From contig NC_068984.1 in the NCBI RefSeq assembly GCF_001194135.2, positions 102,603,760-102,656,697 on the forward strand: DNA of 52,938 nucleotides, in the 5' to 3' direction. Source of the DNA: Octopus bimaculoides. Its lineage: Eukaryota. Of this stretch, positions 1 to 11,571 are shown one piece after another. Below the pieces are notes generated by a model, which was given only the letters and a program-made list of their open reading frames with translations, was not told where the DNA came from and searched no databases. The translations under genes were made by a program, and so were the position numbers. Within the stretch, counting starts at the first letter, position 1. Each line of letters starts with the position of its first letter.

Positions 1-50
<50 letters not shown>
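1..50. repeat. (AC)n microsatellite
   Basis: Pure AC run at the window start. Confidence 0.98.
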
Positions 51-52
<2 letters not shown>

Positions 53-337
53 GGAAACAAAACAAAAAATGAGAGCAATTCATTCGTTGTAAGAATTAGA
101 CGAAGCCGACTGCTAATCAAAACTGTATGTGAAGAGGCAGAAATGAGTGATGCATTTGTTCATGAAACATGTATGTTGCTTGAGGAATCCTATAGAACAG
201 TAACTAGCATAAGCATGACTATCTAAAAACTATATATGCAATTCGAGGTTAGAGCAGATCTATATTTGGAACAGAGGATAAATAGAGTGCACAATTGTCA
301 TGAAACAACAATACACACACACACACACACACGACTA

Positions 338-361
338 GATAAATATATGTATGTATGTATG

Positions 362-395
<34 letters not shown>

Positions 396-457
396 GCTAG
401 CTAGCTAGCTAGCTAGCTAGCTAGCTATCTACCTGTCTATCTGTATATGTATGTATG
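338..457. repeat. Compound tetranucleotide microsatellite (TATG)/(TATC)/(TAGC)
   Basis: Consecutive TATG, TATC and TAGC blocks, returning to TATC/TATG. Confidence 0.95.
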
Positions 458-752
458 AAGTTATTCAGTTTTATTTCAAGATTTCTTGCTAATAGAGAAA
501 GGGCCGGTTTCTAACCTAGATTCTTCATTGGAATTTCAACGACATCACCAGGGTATGTATGTATGTGTGCAAATTTGTATGTTTGGTTTTACGTATGTAT
601 TCTTATGCATATAGATGCATATCTAGACAAGCTCATATGGAAAGTTTTACAGATTTTTATAGTTCCAGTGATGGATTGGATCTGTAATCTTCGAATCAGC
701 TTTCTCCTTTCTGCTTTTGAGAAGCCTAATTTCTCAAGCTTAATATTTAGGC

Positions 753-753
<1 letters not shown>
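458..753 (-). mobile_element. RLE non-LTR retrotransposon (R4/Dong-like, lineage B), 3' fragment
   Basis: Minus-strand translation LEKLGFSKAERRKLIRRLQIQSITGTIKICKTF followed by a 3' UTR. It is homologous to the copies at 5571-5886 and 39730-40650 and is flanked by TATG-type repeats. Confidence 0.85.
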
Positions 754-783
<30 letters not shown>

Positions 784-886
784 ATGTATGTATGTATGTA
801 TGTATGTATGCATGCATGTATGTATGTATGAATGTATGTATGTATGTATGTATGTATGTATATATATGTATGTATTTATGTATGTA
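754..886. repeat. (TG)n/(TATG)n microsatellite
   Basis: Direct reading. Confidence 0.95.
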
Positions 887-1748
887 TATGTGGTGCATTT
901 CAAAAATTTTGAGACTTTTTTAGGAGGGTCAGTTATAACTGTTCTAGATTATTGTAATTCTAATATATCATTACCATACATCTAATAAACTGACTTGCCA
1001 TGGTTTGTTAGTACATATTGAAAGAAACTACTGTAACACTTTGAACCCACCCTACTAAACGCTATTTGCCATAACCAACTTGTTTGCAGAGTGAAGTTGA
1101 GACGTTTGGGAGCTCACTATGCAATAAAGTTTTATGCTAAACTGGGCAAAATCACTGCAGCAACTTATAATATGCTCAAACTGCTTAAGAATTAAATCTT
1201 TCGCTGGCACAAGAGGTTCAAGGATGGTAGAGACGAGGTGAGACGCGATGCAAGGTGTTGGAGGGAGAAAGACATCAGGACATCAAAACTACTTGAGAAA
1301 ATTCGCAATTTTCTGGATGAAGACCGTCGTGTGTCTAAGCATGCACTTTGGAGTTGGTGAGCCTTATCATTCATGCAGACCTATACATGCGCAAAATTTG
1401 TGTCAGGTTTGTTCCGAGGGTTCTCAGTGACGACCAATGTGATAACGAGCTATTTGACAGAAATGGGTATCATGACTGTCCTTCACCCTCGCTACAATCC
1501 CTTGCTTCCTATAACTTTTGGTTGTTTTTCAAAGTGAAGGAGATGAAGGAGGCTGTGACAGGGATCCTGGACATCTTTTCTTTGAAGAACATCCATGGGG
1601 CCTTTGCGATATGGCTAGAGCGTTACAAGAAGTACACCGAAGTTAGAAGACCCTACTTTGAAGGAGTCTAGACTAGAGTTCTGTACTTCTTTGAAATTAA
1701 TAAATGACTCACTTGAAAAGTCTGAAAACTTCTGAAATGCATCTACTA
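887..1748 (+). mobile_element. Internally deleted mariner DNA transposon
   Basis: Imperfect ~31-bp TIRs at 889-919 and 1716-1746 with TA on both sides. Transposase remnants YAIKFYAKLGK, IFRWHKRFKDGR, MRKICVRFVPRVLSDDQ (WVPREL-like) and SLQSLASYNFWLF (YSPDLAP-like). Confidence 0.85.
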
Positions 1749-3095
1749 TATATGTGTGTGTATTGGGGGGATTATCTGCTTGGGGAATGGTATATGTGTG
1801 TGAGAGTCTGTTTGTATCGAAAATGGTGTTTACAAATGTATATATTGACAAATACGTTCAGATACGTCCGTAAGTACATAGATACAAAACTGAAACTCCA
1901 ACACATTTATTACCAAGAATAATACAATTGATCATGTTGTTTAACTTGTTTTGAAAATCCGCCAAAATAATCGGTCATCGTATTATCTTTGTTTACTTTT
2001 TACAATAAAACTTAGACAGTCTTTGATTAGATTGCTTTCATGTCCTTCCTGAAGATGACAGACAAAATAATATCAAATAAAAATAACGAAACAAAATGAG
2101 TTATTCTTAGAGATTCTCAGATAATGAAAACTAGTGAAAAACAAAACTTATTCGTTGAATGCAATGAAACAATTTAGTAATTGGAAAAAAAGTAATCATA
2201 AGCAAAATGGTCTCTCCAACTGTTAGAAATAACTGTATTATCTTCCTCAAATCATAGACCATCGACTTAAAAAAGACGAAGTGATCACGAATAACATGCC
2301 TATGGTGAGGATCGACTTGTAACTAAAGTCAGCAGCAACAACAGAAATAACACAAGTTAGAGCAGCACTAACAACAACAGTAGAGAACGAAGACTGCAAT
2401 AACAGCGAGAATGAGGAAAGATATTTGTTGAGATTTAATTGAATTGGTTGCTAATAGAAACATTCAGTTTTAATGAGATAGCAAAAGACACTGTAAAGCC
2501 TAGCATTAATAATATGTCACTAGCCACCAATCTCTACCATATTACATACCTGCCTGTCACATTCAGATTTAATTTCATTTAGATATTACCTTTCTCAATC
2601 TTTTATAATCAACAGTCTTCCTGATCTCATCTACACCTCATGTTATATGTGATACCGCCATTGTGACAGCCTAGCAATGGGTTTTCCATTTTTGCCTTCA
2701 GCTGACATTATAATAACAAATATGTCAGGAAAATGAGATTGATTGTTATTGTTGTTGTCATTATTTGCTGCTGGCAAATCCTGTTGAGTTGTTCTACGTT
2801 TGAAGCATTCCATCGATGAACAGCCCTCCTTATTTTCAGAAAACGTATCGAGAATTATTATCCAAATTTTGTCCCTCATTTTGTCATTTGCTTTTAAGTG
2901 GATATTAGCAGTTTTTCCTAGCAAGTTGAATAGCCAAGCTGAGGGTTTCATGTTGATTCCATGACATTCGCTAATTATGGCATACACTTGATAGCTAGAA
3001 TGTACTAAACAAATAGAGAAAGTTGTGCAAGATATATTTAATTTAAATAAAACGCAGGACCCGGAAAAAATTCTCTCTCTCTCTCTCTTACCGTC

Positions 3096-3096
<1 letters not shown>

Positions 3097-3126
<30 letters not shown>

Positions 3127-3191
3127 AAGAAGAAGAAGAAGAAGAAGAAGAAGAAGAAGAAGAAGAAGAAGAAGAAGAAGAAGAAGAAGAA
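3097..3191. repeat. Pure (AAG)n tract, about 31 units
   Basis: Direct reading. Confidence 0.98.
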
Positions 3192-4426
3192 TCTCCTGTA
3201 ACGGCAAGAATCTTTTAACTTCACCAATGAATACAAATTTTAGCGATACAAATCATTGTTGTAATGTAGACTTCAATTTAAGGCAGCTAAATATATCTTT
3301 CATAGCAACGGAAACTTCCAGGAGATGCATCTCTCATTCTAAGTTATTTAAAAAATCAAATGAAATCACGATAATTATTGATCTATAAGATAGTAAATTT
3401 ATTTACTATCTATAAGATAGTAAATAAATTTTACAATTGGAATAGAAAAAATACATTGAAGGGAATAATTGATTTGTAACGATCCCGATAGAAAAGAAAT
3501 AATCAATTTGAAAGTTAATTTTTCTTTAATTCTGACAGGTCGCTGTTTGATTTCTGCTTGTAATTGACTTAGAACCAGAGATTCATAGCTCGAAATTTTC
3601 TGCTATTCTCATAAATACCTGGCTGCTACAGGTTACGTCTATATAATAACAGTAAACTTCGTACAAAATTCTTTCAAAGTCTTGCTCTTGAAGAAGTTTC
3701 ACTATTAATTCAACTACATGCTATGATGGCTTTTGAAATACAACACTGTCGGTAGTTTTATGAAATTACGTTTGATATGCGAGCTGAAGCGTATTTCAGA
3801 TGCGTAATCGATATTAGAGTTGGAGGCATTTTCGTATTTACTTTTACTAAATAACTTTTTGCTATTGAAATCTTTACTAAATCGATTACTTTGTAGAATG
3901 TATTTTCAATTTCTATTTCAAAATTTATTCACAATTTCATAATTCAATAATCGCAATGTAACTTAAATTGTTTTTCAGTTTTGGCAGATTGTTGATAGAT
4001 TTATTTTTGTAATTAACTCTTAGAACTAGATAATACCGATGTTCCTGATGCTCTGCTATTTGTTGCTACCAAAGATCGACGGGTACATAATAGGTGTAAT
4101 ATGTATATCAAATTCTTTCTTTTAGTTTCTTTTGTCATGAATTCAGTATTTTAATCATGATGCTTACAGAAACATTGTTATGTTCTGTAGGAGTTATCGC
4201 GTATAATACGATTGATATGCTAGGTGAGGAAACTTTGGAGTGTTTAATCGTTCCTGTACCCATTCTTTATAAAATATTTTTCTATTCAGGTCAGATCTTT
4301 ACTAAGTCAGTTACTCTGTAGAACGTATTTTTCAAATCCTATTGTAGGATTCTCCACAATGATCCATGCTCTAAAATCGGCAACAAAAACCTCAATGTAA
4401 AGGTTTCTGAAGCATCAACTCTATCA

Positions 4427-4427
4427 T

Positions 4428-4481
<54 letters not shown>

Positions 4482-4546
4482 NNNNNNNNNNNNNNNNNNN
4501 NNNNNNNNNNNNNNNNNNNNNNNNNNNNNNNNNNNNNNNNNNNNNN

Positions 4547-4592
<46 letters not shown>

Positions 4593-4695
4593 GTACATAC
4601 ATATACGTATACATACACATACACACATACACATACATACATACATGCAAACATACATACAAACATACATACACGTGTGTGTGTGTGTGTGTGTA

Positions 4696-4733
<38 letters not shown>

Positions 4734-4735
4734 TG
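4427..4735. repeat. (CT)n - gap - (AT)n/(ACAT)n/(GT)n compound microsatellite
   Basis: Direct reading; N gap at 4482-4546. Confidence 0.95.
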
Positions 4736-5273
4736 CACCCATGTTCAAAGTGCCACATACTGTTACTCACCAGCGAACATGTCTTTCATCTGTGTGATAC
4801 TCCATTAACTTTGCTATTATCACGGTTCGAGATTCTCTAAATGATGGATGATTAACATACTTAATATAATTAACATCAAAGATGCATAATTATGCCGAAA
4901 TGATTAAGATAATTTTAGTCATTAAGCTACGAGTAAGTATTTATAATTGAAATCTTGTTGATGGTTACATTAACTTTAACAAACATTAGTGTTGTTTTTC
5001 TTGCATAAGGTGTTTCAGAGTTAACTTCAGTGATTTCTTTATTTTAATATGTTCATGTTCTGCGCTTACATAAACACAATATTGAGTGCTTACACTTAGT
5101 CACATTTTGAGAACAATAGCAACGTTGGTTATAGGTTTACGACTAGCAGTCGCTGGCTTAGTGTGCACGTGTGTGTGTGTGTGTGTGTGTATACATACAC
5201 GCTTATGTATGTATGTATGTATGTATGTATGTATGTATGTATGTATGTATGTATGCATGTATATATGTATGAT

Positions 5274-5560
5274 GGCACATAGCTCAGTGGTTAGGGCGTC
5301 GGGTTCACAATCATGAAGTAGTGAGTTCGATTCCCGGACCAGGCTGTGTGTTGTGTTCTTGAGCAATACACGTTGCTCCGGTTCACTCTGCTGTAGAAAT
5401 GAGTTGCGACGTCACTGGTACCAAGCTGTATTGGGCCTTTGCCTTTCCCTTGGATAACATCGGGGGCAAAAAGAGGGGAAGCTGCTATGCATGGGCAACT
5501 GCTGGTCTTTCATAAACAACTTTGCCCGGACTTGTACCTAGGAGGATAACCGAAGGGGGC
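5274..5560 (+). mobile_element. tRNA-derived SINE (family S4)
   Basis: Head GGCACATAGCTCAGTGGTTAGGGCGTCGG with A box TAGCTCAGTGG and B box GAGTTCGATTCCC, followed by a non-tRNA body. A related degenerate head lies at 6632-6700. Confidence 0.8.
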
Positions 5561-5570
5561 TTTATGTATG

Positions 5571-5886
5571 TCATTGTTCAGTTTATTTCAAGATTTCTTG
5601 CCGAAAGAGACAGAAGCGGTTTCTTACCTAGATCCAAGGCTTCTTCATTCGAATATCAACATCAACAACAGGGTACTTTTCTTTATATGTATGTATGTAC
5701 GCATGTATGTATGTATGTATGTATGTATGTATGTATGCATGCATGTGCAGATTTTTATGTTTTATGTATGTATTCTCATGCATATAGTTGCATATCTAGA
5801 CATGCTCATATATATTTAAATGGTAAACAACTGGAAGGATTTACAGATTTTTACAGTTCCAGTGATAGATTGAATCTGTAGTCTTC
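5571..5886 (-). mobile_element. R4/Dong-like lineage B LINE, 3' end (non-inverted part)
   Basis: Minus strand encodes RRLQIQSITGTVKICK, and the 3' UTR has an internal (ATAC)n. Homologous to 458-753 and 39730-40030. Confidence 0.88.
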
Positions 5887-5906
5887 AGGTTAGAATTAGG
5901 GTTAGG
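5887..5906 (+). repeat. Short TTAGGG-type telomeric repeat at the left inversion junction
   Basis: AGGTTAGAATTAGGGTTAGG. Confidence 0.7.
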
Positions 5907-6136
5907 AGAAACTGCGCACAGTTGTGGAAATTCGTTGCCCAGCGGATGTTAACATAAAGCTGAAGATCAGTGAAAAAGAGAACACCTATGCTGAACTATT
6001 GAGAAATCTGCAGTTACTCTATCCAGATTACAAGTTCAACTTTATACCTGTATTTATTGGGGCTCTGGGATATGTAACACACTGCCTAAATGCCAATCTT
6101 GAGAAATTGGGCTTCTCAAAACCAGGAAAGAGAAAG
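5907..6136 (+). mobile_element. R4/Dong-like lineage B LINE, inverted segment (RLE domain C-half)
   Basis: Plus-strand EKLRTVVEIRCPADVNIKLKISEKENTYAELLRNLQLLYPDYKFNFIPVFIGALGYVTHCLNANLEKLGFSKPGKRK. In the uninterrupted copy (40030-40240) this sequence is collinear with the 3' part on the same strand. Confidence 0.88.
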
Positions 6137-6250
6137 CTAACCCTAATCTTAACCCCAACCCCAACCCCAATCCCAACCCCCAACCCCAACCCTATCCTCA
6201 ACCTTAACCCTAACCCTAACCCCAACCGTAACCCTAACCCTAACCCTAAT
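6137..6250 (-). repeat. Interstitial telomeric-type array, about 19 degenerate (CCCTAA/CCCCAA) units
   Basis: CTAACCCTAATCTTAACCCCAACC...CCCTAACCCTAACCCTAAT. TTAGGG is the widespread metazoan and molluscan telomere repeat. Confidence 0.85.
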
Positions 6251-6254
6251 CATC

Positions 6255-6528
6255 ATCTTTTAAATCTTAAGAAAGTCTTACAAACTTTTATTGCCCCAGA
6301 TATCGTGATCATTTGCTGTATATGACGTAAGGATTTGCATTCTCTTCCCAAGATCCGAAGGTCAGTGATACTTTACTTTAGACAGGTTGGTACGTATCTT
6401 GTTTCTCCAGTAATAATTGGTATGATGCTGAAAGTGTATCTTGGGCAATGGATTTGCAAACTCCTGATCAATGGCCCATAGATGTCCCCTTTGTCTTGTA
6501 TTTTTCTAATCCCATTTGTATCCAGAGG
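6255..6528 (-). mobile_element. Diverged lineage-B-like RLE LINE 3' coding fragment
   Basis: Minus-strand translation EKIQDKGDIYGPLIRSLQIHCPRYTFSIIPIITG...SGAIKVCKTFLRFKR*, which parallels the lineage B C-terminus. Its 5' end abuts (TATG)n at 6529. Confidence 0.75.
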
Positions 6529-6631
6529 GCATGTATGTATGTATGTATGTATGTATGTATGTATGTATGTATGTATGAATGAATGTATGCATGTGTACGT
6601 GCGTGTGTGTGTGTATGTGTGTACACATTGA

Positions 6632-6700
6632 AGAAGCGTGGCCTGGTGGTTAGTGTATTTGACTCACGATCACAACGTCAACTCCTGGACCGGGTGGCGC
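6632..6700 (+). mobile_element. Degenerate tRNA-derived SINE head
   Basis: GCGTGGCCTGGTGGTTAG...CTCACGATCAC...CTCCTGGACCGGG resembles the 5274 SINE head. Confidence 0.5.
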
Positions 6701-7743
6701 TTTATACGCATATCTAGCTACCGATGAAGCTCTCTGTCCATCCAACTGTCACATTCTTGATGTTCTGCTTAGCCAGAAATTAGAGGATCGATAAAGTGTT
6801 TATATATGCTCGCTATTTAAAACAATTAGCAAAAGCAGGGGTACATGCTACCAAGCTATTACTCGGTGTGTCTACAAACAACACACGAATTCGAGCTTCA
6901 CTGGATGTTGACTTTTATTCATTTTATTGTTTGTCTTTATACCTTTATTTTTCTAATGCTCTATTTCAAAATAAAAATAATAAATATTTTCCCTTTAATC
7001 CCAGTTTGTGTTCAACACTTAGTTTTTAAAACAGTTAACATCTTTGATTTGTAAACACTGCGTAACTATACGTTCTATACTATTTTGTTATACATTTTAT
7101 ATTAATTTGTTTATGTAGTCTTGACGATGTCCAACTCAGACACAAAGTCGTACATTTTATTGAGTGGAGTTTAGACAATTAATGAGAAAGTAATCTCTAT
7201 AGGATTTGTATAAATATAATAATATAAAATATATATTTATAAAATATAAAAGGTATATGATTCATATCTAAGATTAGTCTGCAGAATAAAAAATACTTTA
7301 TTCTGAAATTATTTGAATAAAACAGTTAGGAAAAAATGAAATTTCTAAATTTCTGTTGTCTACATCATGTAAGAATTGCATCTGGGAGATGTGCTACACA
7401 ACTGTGCTTATAACGCATCAACAAAGAAATAGAATTTCAATGTAATACAATATATTATTCCGTATATTTCAATTATTGAGTTGGTGTCTACACAAATTTA
7501 GAGATTTTGGGAGCGATTGTCTTAAAGCAAAAATATTTGCATACCGCTCCATATTCCAATTCGTAGATGGCAAAGAAGATGTCGGCAGCGCGATATGGCT
7601 TCAACCAAAGTTTAGTGGAGGATAAAACTACATACATGGAAATGAACAGAGTTTGGAAAAACCCCTGAAGATATGAAAGTTTCAAAAAATGCATACATGA
7701 TAAATGAACACTAAAACATTATCTATATGAAATCATCGTTATT

Positions 7744-7950
7744 ACCTGTCCGTTTTCGGTAGAACTAATGACCGTGTAAAATATAAGAGACTTTTCTGCC
7801 ACTGCTTGTATTTGAAACAATGGCGCATGTACTCTGCGTTAAGATCTACAAATATATTCTAATCGAGAACTTCTGGCACCTAATTGCTTTGTAATATTAA
7901 TCTAATGAGGAAAATCGCTAGACATTCTGAGTTAATGTTCCCAGAAAATC
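7744..7950 (+). repeat. Diverged direct repeat, copy 1 (partner 10846-11010)
   Basis: Shared blocks CTAATGACCGTGTAAAATAT, GACTTTTCTG, CTTGTATTTGAA, ATATTCTAATCGAG and ATTCTGAG.TAATGTT.CCAGA. Confidence 0.8.
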
Positions 7951-8399
7951 CTGGAATTATTCAATACATACAGCAAAATAAGGTACGTACAATAATGCAA
8001 GGCAAAACATGGGGCGTGCATTTGATTTGAACCTACGATATGTGTATGAGTTAATCATCTGGTACCTTATTCACACGGTAATTTTGCATGTTCCTCTTAT
8101 TGGTTATCAGACACGTTTATCACAATATAGGCCTAAAGCAGAATGTGCTTTACCAATATTTAAACTTTTATAAATACACTTTGTACATTAGTGAATAGAC
8201 ACCAAAATGCAAGAGAAAAACGTAGCAGTATGAAAAGAACAAGAACTATTCTGTATACCATAGCGAAGTCGAACCAGGTTTGCTATCGAGTCAATCTGTT
8301 AAAGTTGCCCTTAATGTTATTATTTTCAAATCTTGCTTCAAAGAGACATATTTTGTATGCAATGTCAATATCCCTGAGCACTGCATGCGTCTAAATGTT

Positions 8400-8720
8400 A
8401 AGTCTATTCTTCGTATAGATGTCAGATCAAAGACTTCCGGAACAATTATTTTATGAAGAATTTCGACTGAGTCAATGACTATAGTAGAAAGTTCGGCTGA
8501 GATACAACAACGGTGACTTCAGCATCACTAATATCTTCAAAGTTACATCATCCATGCGCTGCAGAGTAATATACTTACGACAGACATAATGCGGAAAAGA
8601 AACTGCTACGAGTTTTAGATAAATAGAAATGATAAAAGGGAACGATATAATCTCATGCAAATGGGAAAGTTCGCAAAGAGGGATTTTGCAGAGAAAGAAG
8701 CAGCAACTTCGTTCCGTAAG
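8400..8720 (+). mobile_element. Degraded RTE-like LINE 3' fragment
   Basis: Translates to MSDQRLPEQLFYEEF, like the RTE C-terminal M.D.RLPKQLFYGEL motif. The rest is decayed. Confidence 0.45.
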
Positions 8721-9878
8721 AAAGGAGTAGTCACACATACACACGAGCGCACATATATGCATACAAACGCACATACATTCATACATGCATGCACACATAC
8801 ATACGTACTTACATACATACAAACATACATACATACATATATATATAAGCCTCTTAAAGTTGTAGATTAAAAGGTTAAGTCATGTTACTCGAAAAAGTCA
8901 TAAACAAAGCTACCGTATGGTGTAAAAAATATTTCTGAAACTACCTTTCCTTTCATCAAAACAAAGACATTCGATAAGGAACATACTTTAATGTCGGTTA
9001 CGTAAATGGTCTTATACACTCACATTAGAATATGATTGAGTATATATAAGATTAGTTAGTGATAATACAATATTTATGTAGAGAGGAATATGCAAGGTAA
9101 TAACCAGTAAAATGATGAGATTTAGAATTAAGAACCACTAATAAGTATTGGTACAAGAATATGTAGTTTACGTAAGGCAGAGTAGTGTTATTGTGAAATT
9201 ATGGGAAGTGTGCATGAGGGCCGAATTACCAAAGCAGTGAAGAGGTTAGTAAGGAGGATAGCTTGTATGTGTGTATATTATTAAAATCTAAAGTATAAGA
9301 TATATAGTATAAATGTCAATTGAAAGTAAGCTTGTATTTTCTCGAAACCATTTAATTTTCAGTTGAGCTGTCAGAAGCTTAACTCGGTCGTTGCCATTTT
9401 TTTCCAATTACATGTACACTTATAATTATTAAATATATTTGTGTCTTAAAGGCAACCTGCGATTTCCATTTTATCACATATCTCATAGTTTGTTACTTAT
9501 CAAATATTTTAAATGTTTTGATTTGCAGGATAACTCGTGTAAATTTGTATATATTTTGCCAATAATTACTGCGGAAAGATTTGCGTGATTCTCGAGAGCA
9601 TTCACAGCTTGAAGCGCTTATTAAAGTATGCGATTATGATACCATTCGGTAAAGGATTATAGGATGGTTATTTGAGGGGATAGACAGAGACAATTAAAAG
9701 CATAAATGTGAGCAGCTTTCTCTTGTTTTCAGCCCAGCGGTAAAAACAAGAGATAAGAATGCTGACAGCACAATGAATTTCGTAACTTTGTTAGCCCAAA
9801 CGAATTATGAATCACTGATATCAAAGTGTGTACACACACACACACACACCCACACACACACACACACGCACACACACA

Positions 9879-9916
<38 letters not shown>

Positions 9917-9964
9917 TACACACACATATAAAGCAAACCGCTTCTACATCATAACTGACTGTGG

Positions 9965-10545
9965 GTTAGTATTTGTCGATCTTATTACGCCTTCTTTTAT
10001 ATGGTTATCCACTTTCTTTTTATCGACACTGGTCTCATTCTATGCTCGTTTTGTCCAAACCTTGTTTGTCCTTCTACTGATAAGTCCTACAACATCCATT
10101 TTCTTTACCTTCGTCCTTTCTCTTACTCATTTATTTCTCTTTCATTGCATGTTACATCGAGATTTATATTTGTCCCTTTCTCTCGACATGCTGCTTATTC
10201 CATGTCTATCTTTGTGTTTCACCTCCGCAAACGATTGTTGATGTTATGCATTAGTTTAGACTTTCACTTTTTATTCCAAACCTGATATTAATTTCCTCTG
10301 TGCTTTTCTCTTCCTTTTCCTATTCTTTTGCACCTTTTCTTTTACGTATTTCTACTTTTCTACTTTTTCAATTTCATTCCCTTCCACTATAACCAGTTTT
10401 GGTGCCACCTTATCATTTATCAAGACTTTTATTCTGCTGTAGTTCATTTTCAATCTGTAGCTCTTCATGCAGCGCATAATTTTCTCAGCATGTCCTCTGT
10501 CCACTCTAAATAGTGAAATGTCATAAATTAATCTGCGATGAGGTG
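9965..10545 (-). mobile_element. Degraded RTE-like LINE (RT thumb to C-terminus)
   Basis: Minus strand LKMNYSRIKVLIN...VEGNEIEKVEK, then KRNK*VRERTKVKK...GLISRRTNKVWTKR, matching RTE 'NEWIRERTKV...WAGHVSRRTDNRWTKR'. Confidence 0.7.
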
Positions 10546-10597
10546 GCTTCATACACACATACACACATACACGCATACACACACGCACGCACGCAGA

Positions 10598-10649
<52 letters not shown>

Positions 10650-10845
10650 ACGTACTGCAGCATAAGTTGCATCATTAACTACCAGAAGCTAAAGCTGCAC
10701 TGAAGCAAACTGGACAGAGGAAAGATTATGTGTTCAGACTGTCCTAGTGCACCGCATATGATTCAAATTTGCATGTTGGAGTGTGAGGTATGATTCTCAG
10801 CGCGGTAAGGGAATGGCTTAATTGGAGTAACATATCTGTGGGTTG

Positions 10846-11010
10846 ACCTGTCTATCTTCGGTAGCACTATTCTAATGACCGTGTAAAATATGAATGACTT
10901 TTCTGTCTCTCCTTGTATTTGAAGCAATGACATGCACGCTGCATCAAAATTTAAAATGATATTCTAATCGAGGACTGGAAGATATTCTGAGGTAATGTTT
11001 CCAGAGACCC
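10846..11010 (+). repeat. Diverged direct repeat, copy 2 (partner 7744-7950)
   Basis: Same conserved blocks in the same order, with a ~45-bp internal deletion relative to copy 1. Confidence 0.8.
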
Positions 11011-11059
11011 GATCGGAAGATGACAAAAAATGCAAATGAATCGCAAAATATTAATAATA

Positions 11060-11154
11060 ATTCTTTCTACTAAAGGTACAAGGCCTGAAATTTCCCGAAA
11101 GAATGAAAGGCAAAGTCGACCTCGGCGGAATTTGATCTGAGAACGTAAAGACCG
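11060..11154 (-). mobile_element. tRNA-derived SINE family S1, internally deleted, runs into gap
   Basis: Reverse complement of the S1 tail and core (TACAAGGCCTGAAATT...GGCAAAGTCGACCTCGGCGGAATTTG). Confidence 0.8.
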
Positions 11155-11571
11155 NNNNNNNNNNNNNNNNNNNNNNNNNNNNNNNNNNNNNNNNNNNNNN
11201 NNNNNNNNNNNNNNNNNNNNNNNNNNNNNNNNNNNNNNNNNNNNNNNNNNNNNNNNNNNNNNNNNNNNNNNNNNNNNNNNNNNNNNNNNNNNNNNNNNNN
11301 NNNNNNNNNNNNNNNNNNNNNNNNNNNNNNNNNNNNNNNNNNNNNNNNNNNNNNNNNNNNNNNNNNNNNNNNNNNNNNNNNNNNNNNNNNNNNNNNNNNN
11401 NNNNNNNNNNNNNNNNNNNNNNNNNNNNNNNNNNNNNNNNNNNNNNNNNNNNNNNNNNNNNNNNNNNNNNNNNNNNNNNNNNNNNNNNNNNNNNNNNNNN
11501 NNNNNNNNNNNNNNNNNNNNNNACGTTATAAAAATAAAACTACTGAATAATAATAATAATAATAATAATAA

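Noticed and set aside
458-520. Faint similarity between the lineage B LINE 3' end and SINE S1 tail 1 (GGCC..TT..CTA.TAG.AGAAA)
   Set aside because: Too gapped and short to support a SINE-LINE partnership by eye.
563-985. MYVC/HTYI-repeat ORFs, also at 5086-5881, 8472-8870 and 19549-20133
   Set aside because: Translations of (TATG)n and (AC)n arrays.
5274-5345. tRNA-like sequences here and at 25463 and 46570-46644
   Set aside because: They lack a complete cloverleaf or acceptor stem and continue into repeat bodies. They are SINE heads, not tRNA genes.
9529-9625. Plus-strand AG/GT-bounded segment (LLRKDLRDSREHSQLEALIK)
   Set aside because: Stops occur in all three frames and there is no recognisable homology.
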